Source: Chloroflexota bacterium (GTDB lineage: Bacteria; Chloroflexota; Limnocylindria; Limnocylindrales; CSP1-4). Taken from it: 64,000 nt of DNA. Positions 54,798-64,000 of the stretch are shown piece after piece. The stretch is from NCBI GenBank assembly GCA_021813655.1, contig JAKAJU010000189.1:2229-66228 (forward strand). Direction: 5' to 3'. The notes beneath the pieces were generated by a model that worked only from the letters and a program-made list of their open reading frames with translations, made no database searches and was not told the origin of the DNA. The first letter of the stretch is position 1. Each line of letters opens with the position of its first letter. The position numbers and the translations under genes were made by a program.

Positions 54798-55719
54798 GTG
54801 AGGCGGTTCGCAGAACTCCTCGCGGGCGCGGTTCTCGTGGGCACGGTCCTCGGGCTGCGTCCCTGGTGAGCACGGACCCGCCGGGGTCCGGGGCAGCACC
54901 GGCGCGCGGTCCAGCGGGCGCTCCCCGGACCTCGACCTCTTCGACACGCCCGCCTCCGTCGTCGCGACGCTTCACGCGATCCGGCGACACGCCGTCTGCT
55001 ACATGAGCGCCGGGAGCCTCGAGGGCTGGCGGCCCGACGCTGCGCGGTTCCCACCTCAGGTCATCGGGCGGTCGCTGCAGGGCTGGAGCGACGAGCGCTG
55101 GCTGGACATCCGGACGATCGACGTCCTCGCGCCGATCATGCGCGCCCGCCTGGACCTCTGCCACATGAAGGGCTTCGACGCGGTGGACCCGGACAACGTG
55201 GACGGCTGGGTCAACGGGACGGGCTTCGCGCTCACCGCCGACGACGAGGCGCGCTTCATCGCCTGGCTGGCCAACGAGGCGCACGGGCGCGGTCTCGCGG
55301 TGACGCTGAAGAACGATCTGCACCAGGCGGCGCGGCTCGCCGGATACGTGGACGCGGCCGTGGTCGAGCAGTGCTTCGTCTGCGGCGAGTGCGACCTTGC
55401 GCGACCGTTCGTCGCAGCCCGCAAGCCCGTATGGGAGATCGAGTACGCGCTGGCGCCGGGGGCATTCTGCGCGAAGGCGCGAGCCTCGGCTTCGACGCAG
55501 TTCGCAAGAAGCTGGACCATGGTGCGTGGCGGATCGCCTGCGGCCACGCGAGATGGCCACGCGCGTGACGGTCCTCGTCCTCGGGCGCAGGGCCGCGCGG
55601 CCGACGGCGACGGTCGCATGCGAATCCGGGATGGTGGGCCGATCACACCAGGTACCACCACGCCTCGCCACGTCGGACGAACGAGAGGGACTCCGCGCCC
55701 GTCGAGCCGCCGATCGTGA
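54798..55719 (+). pseudogene. GH114 (endo-alpha-1,4-polygalactosaminidase-like) gene disrupted by a frameshift after the signal peptide
   Basis: GTG at 54798 (AGAGG SD) encodes a signal-peptide-like VRRFAELLAGAVLVGTVLGLRPW and then stops at 54868. The GH114 catalytic motifs continue in the +1 frame (...DLDLFDTPASVVATLHAIRRHAVCYMSAGSLEGWRPD...ERWLDIR...GFDAVDPDNVD...EIEYA). That frame has no start codon before 55003. The C-terminal end is ill-defined. Confidence 0.45.
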
Positions 55720-58700
55720 GCCGGAACGGGACCGCCGAGGCCAGGTCGGCGGCCGACGGCGTCGGGCCGATCCCACCGAGCGCCCAGGCGCCGGTCTTCG
55801 GATAGAAGGCCACGTTGGCGATGAAGCCCCGCCCCGATCGGGGGCGCACGTATGTGCAGACGCCATGGATGGACCGGAACGTCGCGCCGGGGACCGTTTC
55901 CGACAGCGAGCCGACGGTAACGGTGACGTCCTGACCGCACTGAAGGCCGGCGCCCCGCGGCGGCGTCAACGACCCGAGTGCCGCGAGGAGCGGCCCGGCG
56001 CGCCTGGCCTCGGGACGGATCATCGCGATGCGGACGCTGAGCGTTGCGTTGCCCGTCACGCGCACCGTCACGATGGCCGGATCGCTGGTTGCCAGTCCAT
56101 CAGTCGCGGCATACGTGAACGTGACGGTGTCCACGAATGGGGCCGCCAGTGCCGTGAATCGGATCATGCCGCCGACAACGGACGCCGAGCCGGTCGTGGG
56201 CACCGAACTGATGGATACCGTCATGGTGTCGCCATCCGCGTCGATGCAGCCGGGCGCGATCTCCGCGGTCTGACCTGCGATGACGGTCGCGCTGAGAGCC
56301 TGGCAGGAGGGCGTCGCGTTGGTGACGGTGATGCGGAATGTCAGCGGACCCGAATCGCCGACCAGGCTCGTCGCCGTGCTGACGACATGGACCGACCGGA
56401 ACGTGAACAGGTCGGGACCCGCGTATCCGGCCGCCGGCGTGTAGACGAACGATCCGTCGGAAGCGAGCTCAAGAGTGCCGTGCGACGGGGCCTGCATCAG
56501 CGAGTAGCGACGATCGCCATCGTCCGGGCAGCGCGTCGTTGCCGTGAGCCGGTGACCCCGGGCGGTCGTCGCCTCCAGGTCACACGTGCCGGGGGCACCC
56601 GGCGCCAGGACGACGATCTGCTCGCCGGCCGGGTGGGCGAAGCGCAGGGGCGCCGCGACCACGATCGAGCCGTGCTGGCTGTACTCCACCAGCTCCTGGT
56701 TCGGGCCGCCGCCGTTGATCCGGAGACGATCGCCGGGATTGAGTCCGTCGATATTGGCGTCGAGGTGGGCGCTACCGGCGTCGGCCGGTGTGCCCAGCAG
56801 CGCCGAGCGCGCATCACCGCCGAGAATCACCTTCGCCGCCGCCCAGGACACGCGCCCGTCCGGACGCTGCCGCCACGGCCCGTAGACCCTGCCAACGCCT
56901 CCGTCCTGCACCGGAAGCCCGCGGACCAGGATATGTTCGGGATAGTTCGCGACGAATTCGATGTCGCCGAAGACGCCGTAGACATCGACACCGAAGCCAG
57001 GTGCGATGATCCACAGGCCCTCGTAGCCGGGGAACGGGGGCTCGCCGAACGTCCCCGGGTACGACCCGCGATAGAACCTGCCATCGCCGCCGGCGTCCTG
57101 GACCACGAGCACGGCGGCGGGATCCTTGAACTCGGCCCGCCAACCCACGCATTCCCAGGAGTTGCTGACGGCGAACCCACCGGTCACCCGGTTCACGTGA
57201 TAGGCATACGCGACGAGATCCGCGTGAGGCCCATCGATGTGGAACCGCCGCTGGACTCCGTCCTGGGTCGCGACGAGCTCGTTCGCGCAGTCGGGGTTCA
57301 CGCTCGGCCGCGTCAGGATCGGGAAGTCCACGGTGAATGCGGCCTCGAACGTCTCCGCTGGAGCGAACGTCTGGACGTAGTCCTGGCCGGCGCCATGGCC
57401 GGGCATCCGCACCTCGATCGGTCCGCCCTCGGGGTCCCAGCCCGTCCCCCGATATTGGAGCATCTCACCGACACTGATGTCGTATGCCGCGCCGCTGCGG
57501 ACGGCGCTCGAGGTGTCGATGGGGGTATCGACGCCCACCTTGTAGACCGCGAGCTTCTGTTCGAACACGCCGGCTTCGTGGGTCGCCGAGACCTCCGGCG
57601 CCGGGACGGTCGCCCCGTTGTATGTCCCGGTGCCCGAGAAGGTGATGGTGTAGAGGCCCGGCTCCGTCGGCGTGAACGTGTAGTGAAGTTGCAGCCCGCT
57701 GCCGGGGTCGAGCGAACCCATTGACGCCGACGGCGGCACGGTCAGGACGCCGCTGGGGCCCTCGATCGACACCGCGGGTGTGACGTCGTCAAGCGTCACC
57801 AGGCCGGTGTTCGAGAGACCGGCGGAGAGCGCGACGAGGTTGTTCACTTTGAACCGCGCTGGTTCGATGGACGTGAAGCTCGCCTCGAGGCGAGCACCCG
57901 CCACGTCGACCTGCTGTTCGGTGCTGTTGGTGCGGCCGCGGTCGTCGGTCACCACCAGCGTCACGGTGAACGTCTCGAACGCCGGGAAGTCGAATTCGAC
58001 GACCTCGCCGTCCAGGACCTCGGCCGGATGGTCGGCATTGCCGACGGCCCAGCGCCACGTCGTGACCTGCCCGTCCGGGTCGGACGAGCCCGAGCCGTCG
58101 AACCGCCAGTGGAGCAGGTCGTCGCCCTGCTGCGTGGCCATGAAGGACGCCACCGGCGGCTGGTTGTCGCCGAGCTCGAAGTCGGCCGTGGCGTCGCCGG
58201 TCGAGAGGTCCGCCGTTCGGCTCTCAGGTCGGCCGTCGACGTGCCGGATTGTGCAGTCGCCGCTGTCGGGCGGACAGTCCTCGATGTCGGCCGAGGCACG
58301 CACTCGATACGTGCCGCGCTTCAGCCACGTCTCGTAGAACCCCGTCCCGTCGGTCGTGACCGATCGCGACGGGTTCGCGGCGGCGGGCGGGTCGGCGTCG
58401 ATCGTGATCTCCGCGTTTGCCACCCCTTCGCCGTCGTTGCCGCGTACGTATCCCGACAGCCGGTAGCCATCGAACTCGAAGTTCGCGATCGCATCGGGTA
58501 CGAACTCGTTGGAAACGTCGCGGTAGACGGGAACCATCCCGTATGAGTCGTCCGGGCAGGCCTCGTAGTCGGCCGGATCGTCGACGAAGGCCTTGTACGA
58601 GCCATCGGGGCCGGTGCGCGGTACGGTCAACGGCGACGGACGCGGGTCCGCGGTGCAGGGCGAGTCGGTCGCGCCGGCACGTTCATAGATCAGCACGCCC

Positions 58701-59542
58701 CGGTCGGACAGGGGCCGGCCGGCAGCATCGCGAATCGTGCCCGAGACGGACGGATCGAGCAGGTACACCTGCGTCCGCGGATCGCCCGGTTGCGGCCAGA
58801 ACCTGATGGTCTCCTGCGGGGACGGGCGCCGGAACGGCGTGTAACCGAGGTTGGTCACGCAGCCGTCGCACGACGGATCGGGGCCAAGCTCGGGCGTTCC
58901 CGCCGAGAACCAGGCCGCCGCCGTCCGGGCGCCGACGAACGGAGCTTCGGCCTGGGTGATGGGCTCGAACCAGGTCGCAGGGATCTCGTCATGCCGGAGG
59001 ACCGTGAACTCCGCCCAGAGCTCGCTGCCCGGCTGGATGCCGCACAGCGGGAGGTTGTTGTCCATCGCTGCGCCGGCGCGAACGCACCCGTCATCGGAGA
59101 ACGCCCAGATGATCGTGCTCTGCGCGGCGGAGCTGCTCGTGACCACCGCGTTCGACGGTCCGCCCCAGCCCGTGAGGCGGCCGCCCGGGAAGCGAAGCAC
59201 CACGTTCCATGTGCCGGTCGTGTTGAAGACCGGGTGCGGAATGGCGTCAAGCGGGTCGTACTCCCAGATCAGGCGCTGGACGGGCGGATACTCGACGCGA
59301 ACCGCGATCCGCACCGTGTCGCCCGGCTTCGGGTTCGCCTGGTCCACGCTGATCGTGCCGACGAGATGCCCATTCCAATAAGCATCGCAGGTCGATCCCG
59401 GGCCGGTAGCATGCGGCAGAGCACAGTCGGTGCCGCCTGCCGCGGCGCGCGTCGTCTGGACACCAAGTCCGGGGGGTGCAATCGTTGACGTGAGTGCGAG
59501 CAGCAACGCCGGCAGGACGGCACCGAGGCGGGGGTGACGCAT
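55643..59542 (-). CDS. Large secreted multidomain surface protein (PKD, carboxypeptidase-regulatory-like and cadherin/Ig-like beta-sandwich domains)
   Basis: Signal peptide MRHPRLGAVLPALLLALTSTIAPPG follows a GGAGGAA SD. PKD-like segment WRFDGSGSSDPDGQVTTWRWAVGN...TVTLVVTDDRGRTNS. CarboxypepD_reg-like segment YRLSGYVRGNDGEGVANAEITID...TDGTGFYETWLKRGTYRVRA. Several Ig/cadherin-like repeats follow. Product is about 1,299 aa. Confidence 0.75.
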   Translation of the reverse strand: MRHPRLGAVLPALLLALTSTIAPPGLGVQTTRAAAGGTDCALPHATGPGSTCDAYWNGHLVGTISVDQANPKPGDTVRIAVRVEYPPVQRLIWEYDPLDAIPHPVFNTTGTWNVVLRFPGGRLTGWGGPSNAVVTSSSAAQSTIIWAFSDDGCVRAGAAMDNNLPLCGIQPGSELWAEFTVLRHDEIPATWFEPITQAEAPFVGARTAAAWFSAGTPELGPDPSCDGCVTNLGYTPFRRPSPQETIRFWPQPGDPRTQVYLLDPSVSGTIRDAAGRPLSDRGVLIYERAGATDSPCTADPRPSPLTVPRTGPDGSYKAFVDDPADYEACPDDSYGMVPVYRDVSNEFVPDAIANFEFDGYRLSGYVRGNDGEGVANAEITIDADPPAAANPSRSVTTDGTGFYETWLKRGTYRVRASADIEDCPPDSGDCTIRHVDGRPESRTADLSTGDATADFELGDNQPPVASFMATQQGDDLLHWRFDGSGSSDPDGQVTTWRWAVGNADHPAEVLDGEVVEFDFPAFETFTVTLVVTDDRGRTNSTEQQVDVAGARLEASFTSIEPARFKVNNLVALSAGLSNTGLVTLDDVTPAVSIEGPSGVLTVPPSASMGSLDPGSGLQLHYTFTPTEPGLYTITFSGTGTYNGATVPAPEVSATHEAGVFEQKLAVYKVGVDTPIDTSSAVRSGAAYDISVGEMLQYRGTGWDPEGGPIEVRMPGHGAGQDYVQTFAPAETFEAAFTVDFPILTRPSVNPDCANELVATQDGVQRRFHIDGPHADLVAYAYHVNRVTGGFAVSNSWECVGWRAEFKDPAAVLVVQDAGGDGRFYRGSYPGTFGEPPFPGYEGLWIIAPGFGVDVYGVFGDIEFVANYPEHILVRGLPVQDGGVGRVYGPWRQRPDGRVSWAAAKVILGGDARSALLGTPADAGSAHLDANIDGLNPGDRLRINGGGPNQELVEYSQHGSIVVAAPLRFAHPAGEQIVVLAPGAPGTCDLEATTARGHRLTATTRCPDDGDRRYSLMQAPSHGTLELASDGSFVYTPAAGYAGPDLFTFRSVHVVSTATSLVGDSGPLTFRITVTNATPSCQALSATVIAGQTAEIAPGCIDADGDTMTVSISSVPTTGSASVVGGMIRFTALAAPFVDTVTFTYAATDGLATSDPAIVTVRVTGNATLSVRIAMIRPEARRAGPLLAALGSLTPPRGAGLQCGQDVTVTVGSLSETVPGATFRSIHGVCTYVRPRSGRGFIANVAFYPKTGAWALGGIGPTPSAADLASAVPFRLTIGGSTGAESLSFVRRGEAWWYLV

Positions 59543-59728
59543 CGCGATGATTCCTCCGATGGGCGCCGCGTCGATCGTCCCCGCACCCCTCGGTACGTCG
59601 TGGCCCAACGGACCGGCACCGATCCCGCGCCAGCGTCCACGCATACCTTCCTGCGAGTTGCGCACGGGCGATAGCTCGCGATTCCACCCAGTGCGGCAAT
59701 CGAGTGTTATGACAGTTGCCGGCGTGAC

Positions 59729-62224
59729 ATGAGCGACGGGGACACGCACGCGCTGCCCTCGACGGAGATCCGGCGAATGCGCCACGCGCTCTCGCTCAGC
59801 CAGGAGCAGTTGGCCCGACGGGTCGGCGTCTCCTTCGCGACCGTCAATCGCTGGGAGCGCGGCCGCTCACGGCCTCGCGGAGCGGCGCTGCAGCGGCTCG
59901 AAGTGATCCGATCGCTTGCGCCCATCCCGTCGGCGCCCGCCGCGGCGCGAGGCCCGGTGGGCTTCCCGGCCCCGATGACGAGTTTCATCGGCCGGGCCGC
60001 AGAACTGGAGCGGTTGCGCCAACTCCTTGGGACCGTTCGGCTCGTCACGCTGGTGGGCGCCGGCGGGAGCGGGAAGACGCGGCTGGCCGTCGAGGTGTTG
60101 ACGAGCAGCACGCCAGAGCCTGCTGGCGAGGTGCGATTCGCCAGCCTCGAAGCACTCGTGGCAGACGACGATCTCGCCGGCTCCCTCGTCGCGCAGGTTG
60201 GCGACGCTGCCGGCGGCGCGGATGGCGGTGACGCGCTCGCGCAGGCGTTTGCCGGGACGCGGCTGCTGGTGCTCGACAACTGCGAACACGTCCTCGAGGC
60301 GTCGCGCAGGGTCGTCACGCGTCTGCTGGCGGACCGTCCCGACCTTCGCATCCTCGCCACGAGCCGGGAGCCGCTGGGACTGGCGGCCGAATCGGTCGTC
60401 CGCGTGAGCGGGCTGGGAGCCGACGATCCGCAGCATTCCGACGCGGTCGCGCTGTTCATCGACCGCGTCCAGAAACGCATGAGCAGCTACGGGCCGGGTG
60501 CCGGTGAGGTCGACGCGATCGCGGTGCTCTGCCGGCGCCTCGACGGCCTGCCACTCGCGATCGAGCTCGCCGCGGCGTTCTTGCCGGCCCTGTCGCCGGC
60601 GGAGATCTCCGAACGGCTCGACCATCGGTTCCAGCTTCTCGTGTCGCACGACCCTGGTTCAGCGCAGCGACACAGGGCGCTCCAGGCCACGGTCGCGTGG
60701 AGCTACGACCTACTCGAGCCTGCCGAACAGCGGCTCTTCGAACGCCTGTCGATCTTCCCCGCAAGCTTCTCCTTCAATGCGGCCGAGGCGGTCGGCGCAC
60801 GCAACGACGACGAATCCGACGCGTCGGATGTCTTCCTGGGCCTCGCGTCGCTGGTCGACAAGTCGATGGTGGAGGTCCGGACGGACGGCTCAGGTTGGCG
60901 ATATGAGCTGCTCGAGAGCCTCCGCGAGTTCGGCCGCGAGCGGCTGGCGGAACGTGGCCGGCTCGATGAAGCGTCGGCGCTGCTCTTCGCGTGGGCGCAC
61001 GACTTTGCCGGCCGTGCGGCCACGGGGATGGTAGGGCCTGAGCAGCGGACGTGGCTGGTGGCCGCCGCCCTCGAAGCCGACACAGCCGAGTCGGCGCTCG
61101 CGTGGGCCGTGGCTCGCGGCGACGCAGCGCGGGCGGTTGGGCTTGCCGGCCGTTTCTGGCGCTACTGGTATTCGCGCTCCGACATTCGGGGCGGGCTGCG
61201 GCGTCTGGACGCCGCACTCGCGCTGCCAGGCGAGGTCCCGGGAGCGGACCGGGCACGGGCCCTGCTGGGAGCCGGCGCGCTCGCCCGGCAGCGCGGCGAC
61301 TATGCCGCCTCCGTCCGGTATCTCCGCGAGCACCTCACGCTGGCGCGGCAGTTGGGCGACGACAACGCCATCGCTGACGGCTACAACAGCCTCGCGGGCG
61401 CACTCCACGGCGCGGGCGACACCTGCCGTGCGCGCGCGATCCTCCAGGAAGGCGTCGCGTGGTGGGAGAGCCGGCACGATCGCCACGGGCTCGCGTCCGC
61501 GCTCAGCAACCTCGGGGTGCTTGCGTCCGACGACGGCGACTACCAGGCGGCGCGGCGATTCGGAGAACAGGCGCTCGCGATGCGGCTTGCCCTCGGCCAC
61601 GAGGAGAGCATCGCGATCTCGTACGAGAACCTGGCCACGGCGGCGCTTCGCGGCGGCGACCGCGGCGAGGCCCGACATCACTTCCGGGAGGCCCTGGCGC
61701 GGTATTCGGCCCTCAACGAACCCGACGGGATCGCGACCGCGCTCGAAGGCCTCGCGGCGCTGGCCGCCGCCGGCGTCGCCGTGACGCTGTACGCCGCCGC
61801 GGCCCGACTCCGGCGCGACATCGAGGTGCCATCGACCCCCGCCGACGAGGCGTTCCACCGCGACCGCCTCGTGGATCTGCGCCACGAGGTCAAGACGGCG
61901 GAGTTCGACGCGCGTTGGGCGGCTGGCGAAGGACTCGGTGTGCCGGCCGCGACGTCGCTGGCTCTGGCGTCATCACTGGGGGAGGACCGTGGCGCCGCCG
62001 CGCAGCCGTCGGCTGGCCGCCTGACGCGCCGTGAGCGGCAGGTCCTCGAGCTCATGACGCACGGGCACACATCGAAGGAGATGGGGGCCCAGCTCCGTCT
62101 CAGCCCGAGGACAGTGGAGCGCCACCTTGCCAGCATCTACGGCAAGGTGGGTGCCCGCGGTCGAGCCGACGCGATCGCGTTCGGCCTGCGCACCGGAACC
62201 GGAACGCCCGATGCTGAGCCATAG
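59729..62224 (+). CDS. XRE-HTH / NB-ARC (STAND) ATPase / TPR / C-terminal LuxR-HTH transcriptional regulator
   Basis: N-terminal XRE HTH ([32 protein letters not shown]). Walker A motif [15 protein letters not shown] and Walker B motif [12 protein letters not shown]-like repeats. C-terminal LuxR HTH ([44 protein letters not shown]). Confidence 0.8.
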   Translation: MSDGDTHALPSTEIRRMRHALSLSQEQLARRVGVSFATVNRWERGRSRPRGAALQRLEVIRSLAPIPSAPAAARGPVGFPAPMTSFIGRAAELERLRQLLGTVRLVTLVGAGGSGKTRLAVEVLTSSTPEPAGEVRFASLEALVADDDLAGSLVAQVGDAAGGADGGDALAQAFAGTRLLVLDNCEHVLEASRRVVTRLLADRPDLRILATSREPLGLAAESVVRVSGLGADDPQHSDAVALFIDRVQKRMSSYGPGAGEVDAIAVLCRRLDGLPLAIELAAAFLPALSPAEISERLDHRFQLLVSHDPGSAQRHRALQATVAWSYDLLEPAEQRLFERLSIFPASFSFNAAEAVGARNDDESDASDVFLGLASLVDKSMVEVRTDGSGWRYELLESLREFGRERLAERGRLDEASALLFAWAHDFAGRAATGMVGPEQRTWLVAAALEADTAESALAWAVARGDAARAVGLAGRFWRYWYSRSDIRGGLRRLDAALALPGEVPGADRARALLGAGALARQRGDYAASVRYLREHLTLARQLGDDNAIADGYNSLAGALHGAGDTCRARAILQEGVAWWESRHDRHGLASALSNLGVLASDDGDYQAARRFGEQALAMRLALGHEESIAISYENLATAALRGGDRGEARHHFREALARYSALNEPDGIATALEGLAALAAAGVAVTLYAAAARLRRDIEVPSTPADEAFHRDRLVDLRHEVKTAEFDARWAAGEGLGVPAATSLALASSLGEDRGAAAQPSAGRLTRRERQVLELMTHGHTSKEMGAQLRLSPRTVERHLASIYGKVGARGRADAIAFGLRTGTGTPDAEP

Positions 62225-62948
62225 GCGGCGTCTGCGCCCACGAGCAGGCCGCCGGTAAGGTCGGCGCTGATCGTCGTCACGAGGATCGGCGGTGGCGGTG
62301 TGCTTCGGTCCGACGGACGCGTCCGTGACGAGGTTCCCGGCGATGATGGCGGCGTCCGATCCGGTGAACCGCCCTGACTTCGGTGGAGACTCTGAGGTGC
62401 CCTGAGTGGCGTGAAGTCGCAACACCTTGCCCTCTCGGGTCGGATGCTCGGTGCACCCCCCTCGACTCACGTGCGAGGGTTCGCTCGCGGGGGCGACTCG
62501 CTCGAACGTCCGACGGGCGATCGCTATCCTCCGCCGGACCTCGGATCCTTCTCATATGGTCGCCCGGCGGACGCAAGACGACTCCCGGCCCCGATCGGCG
62601 CCTGACACCGGACCATCGGGTGCCTCCGCCACGCTTGTCACGCACTCGCACGGGCGCGCGGGGCGCGCGATCGAGCCTCGCCGGCTCTCTACGGTCCGCC
62701 GGGCGACCGTATGAGGTCGTGTGGACCGTGGCGCATGCCGCCCGCTCGCCGCGTTCCCAGTCCACGCCATCCATACACCAGGAGAATGTGTGCCGGGCGG
62801 GCGGGTCCCGGACGCGGCTGGCCGCGCTCTGGAGGCGAGGTCAGGCGCCCGGTCGGAGCTCGAGATCGGCCCGCGCCCTGGCCGGGCGGTGCGTCAGCCC
62901 TGCCGCCCATTCTCCGCGTGCAGATCCGGCCGGCGCGGTCCGGATCGG

Positions 62949-63458
62949 CTAGAGGCGGGCCCCACTCGGGTCGTCCGGGTCGGCCGCGGCCTGTTCGGCG
63001 ATCGCGTCGAGGTCGGCCTCTCCGTCGCCGGCCTCGAGCTCCTCCCACGCGGCCGTGAGCACGGCCACGTCCACCTCGCCGACAATCCCGGTCCCGATGT
63101 AGGCGAGGGCCGCGTCCAGGACAGCGGGAACCGCATCCATGCGCTGGTCGAGTCGCCGGAGTCCATCGGTACCGCCGAGGAAGCCCGAGACCTCCCCGCC
63201 GCCGACCTTCTCCGCCCACCGCGCGATCGTATCGCGCGCCTTCGCGAGGGCGGCATCGCGGCCGGCGCCCGTGACCGCCGCCTCTGCACGTCCGCGCGCG
63301 GAGGCGAGCGCAGCGGCGTCCTCGCCCGCCCGGAACCCGGCGAGCGCCATGATGTCGCCGTCCGTGAGGTGCCGCAGCTCGGCGAGGAGATCCTCCAGCG
63401 GAGCCGCACCGGCCGACGTGCTCTCTGCGGGGCGCTCGGGATCCTGGCCGGCCGTCAC
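62949..63458 (-). CDS. Hypothetical acidic protein (translationally coupled to the upstream gene)
   Basis: A GTG start overlaps the upstream stop (GTGA). The 169-aa Ala/Asp/Glu-rich product has no recognised domain. A GATCCGG-N10-CCGGATC inverted repeat lies 3 nt after the stop. Confidence 0.4.
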   Translation of the reverse strand: MTAGQDPERPAESTSAGAAPLEDLLAELRHLTDGDIMALAGFRAGEDAAALASARGRAEAAVTGAGRDAALAKARDTIARWAEKVGGGEVSGFLGGTDGLRRLDQRMDAVPAVLDAALAYIGTGIVGEVDVAVLTAAWEELEAGDGEADLDAIAEQAAADPDDPSGARL

Positions 63459-63829
63459 AGCACGATGTATCCGGTCGTCACCGCGAGGACGGCCGCGACG
63501 GCGAGCCCGAGAGCCGCCCCGACGATGCCCGCGCCGTACGCGCGCCAATCGATGGGGCCGAGCGCACGTCCGCCGTGGCCGCCGTGGGCGTCATCCGCGG
63601 CATGGTTGTCCTGGGCGTGCGGCAGACCCTCGACATCGCCTCCGACACCCGCGTCCGCGTCGTGATCCGCGACCGCTGCGGCATGGGCGTCGTGTGCGCC
63701 GCTCGTCGCAGCGCCGCGCGCCTGTGCGAGCGCTTCGTCGCGTGCCGCGTCCTCGGCGGCCGCGAAGTCGGACACCACCTCGGGCCCGGGCTCGGGGCCC
63801 GACGTGCCGGCCGTCGTTTCGTCGGACAT
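63455..63829 (-). CDS. Hypothetical His/Asp-rich protein with a C-terminal TM anchor
   Basis: ATG at 63829 lies 7 nt after a GGAGG SD. The product is MSDETTAGTSGPEP...HDAHAAAVADHDADAG...HAQDNHAADDAHGGHGG...GAGIVGAALGLAVAAVLAVTTGYIVL. Confidence 0.45.
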   Translation of the reverse strand: MSDETTAGTSGPEPGPEVVSDFAAAEDAARDEALAQARGAATSGAHDAHAAAVADHDADAGVGGDVEGLPHAQDNHAADDAHGGHGGRALGPIDWRAYGAGIVGAALGLAVAAVLAVTTGYIVL

Positions 63830-64000
63830 CTGTGGCCTCCGCGTGCGTCGTCGAGGCATTCTCGCACGCTAGACTCCATCCCGTGCTCACCCTCGTCGCC
63901 ACGCGACACGGCCTCACCACCCGCTCAGTGCCGGAGCAGCACATCGGTCAGCGGATCGACGTCCCCCTCTCCACCCAGGGGCTGCGACAGGCCCACGCCC

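Noticed and set aside
62711-63665. ORFs 62711..63058 (+) and 62721..63665 (+)
   Set aside because: Arg/Pro/Gly-rich and antisense to the coupled minus-strand gene pair, which has proper SD and start context.
1-64000. CRISPR arrays, IS elements, integrases and phage genes
   Set aside because: No regularly spaced direct repeats, no terminal inverted repeats flanking a transposase-like ORF, and no recombinase motifs were seen in any plausible ORF. The short-range GC content is uniform apart from the 38.4-38.9 kb island.

Overview
This is a 64-kb window of very GC-rich DNA (about 70% GC). Most genes are tightly packed and many are translationally coupled through ATGA/GTGA start-stop overlaps. 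It is most likely from a high-GC monoderm such as an actinobacterium. The evidence is Gram-positive-type LexA (Cheo) boxes, a Tad pilus locus with no secretin, many GT-C/GT87/GT39 glycosyltransferases, and a comF-hpf pair arranged as in mycobacteria. I worked by eye from the sequence and ORF track, so starts and domain calls are approximate.

Layout, left to right:
(1) 0.4-12.5 kb, all on the minus strand: hpf, a comF-like PRTase, DUF192, and a Tad/Flp pilus operon (tadC, tadB, tadA/cpaF, tadZ/cpaE, cpaB, three tandem flp pilin genes). A regulatory module is fused upstream of the pilins. It has two cytoplasmic HisKA_3 histidine kinases, one with a degenerate ATPase domain, and a NarL-type response regulator.
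(2) 12.6-34.3 kb: a roughly 22-kb glycoconjugate-biosynthesis supercluster. It holds 2 GT39/ArnT-like, 3 GT87/DUF2029, 2 Ppm1/DPM1-like GT2, one GT4, a GT22(Alg9/PIG-B)-like protein and a PIG-L deacetylase. It also holds a UDP-glucose dehydrogenase-family enzyme, an SDR epimerase, a SAM methyltransferase, a FemAB-like GNAT, an FAD oxidoreductase and several unassigned polytopic membrane proteins. Together these resemble the toolkit for mycobacterial lipomannan/PIM or eukaryotic GPI assembly. One GT87 gene is interrupted by a single in-frame TGA.
(3) 35-38.4 kb: a 7TM HD-GYP phosphodiesterase, followed by a protein with an unassigned membrane domain fused to an MFS transporter.
(4) 38.9-42.2 kb: a STAND NTPase regulator with an unusual C-terminal SARP (wHTH+BTAD) output. 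Dodecin, dnaB, lexA (with its own Cheo box), rplI and a second set of membrane glycosyltransferases follow. Two PIG-V-like paralogues lie in this set, and one appears to be co-transcribed with dinB.
(5) Downstream of dinB, a tandem pair of LexA boxes inside a sigma70-like promoter precedes a 91-aa ORF of unknown function.
(6) A fchA-folD-fhs one-carbon cluster, then a frameshifted GH114 pseudogene. A 1,299-aa secreted multidomain surface protein is transcribed divergently from an XRE-STAND-TPR-LuxR regulator.

I found no rRNA, tRNA, CRISPR array or obvious mobile element.
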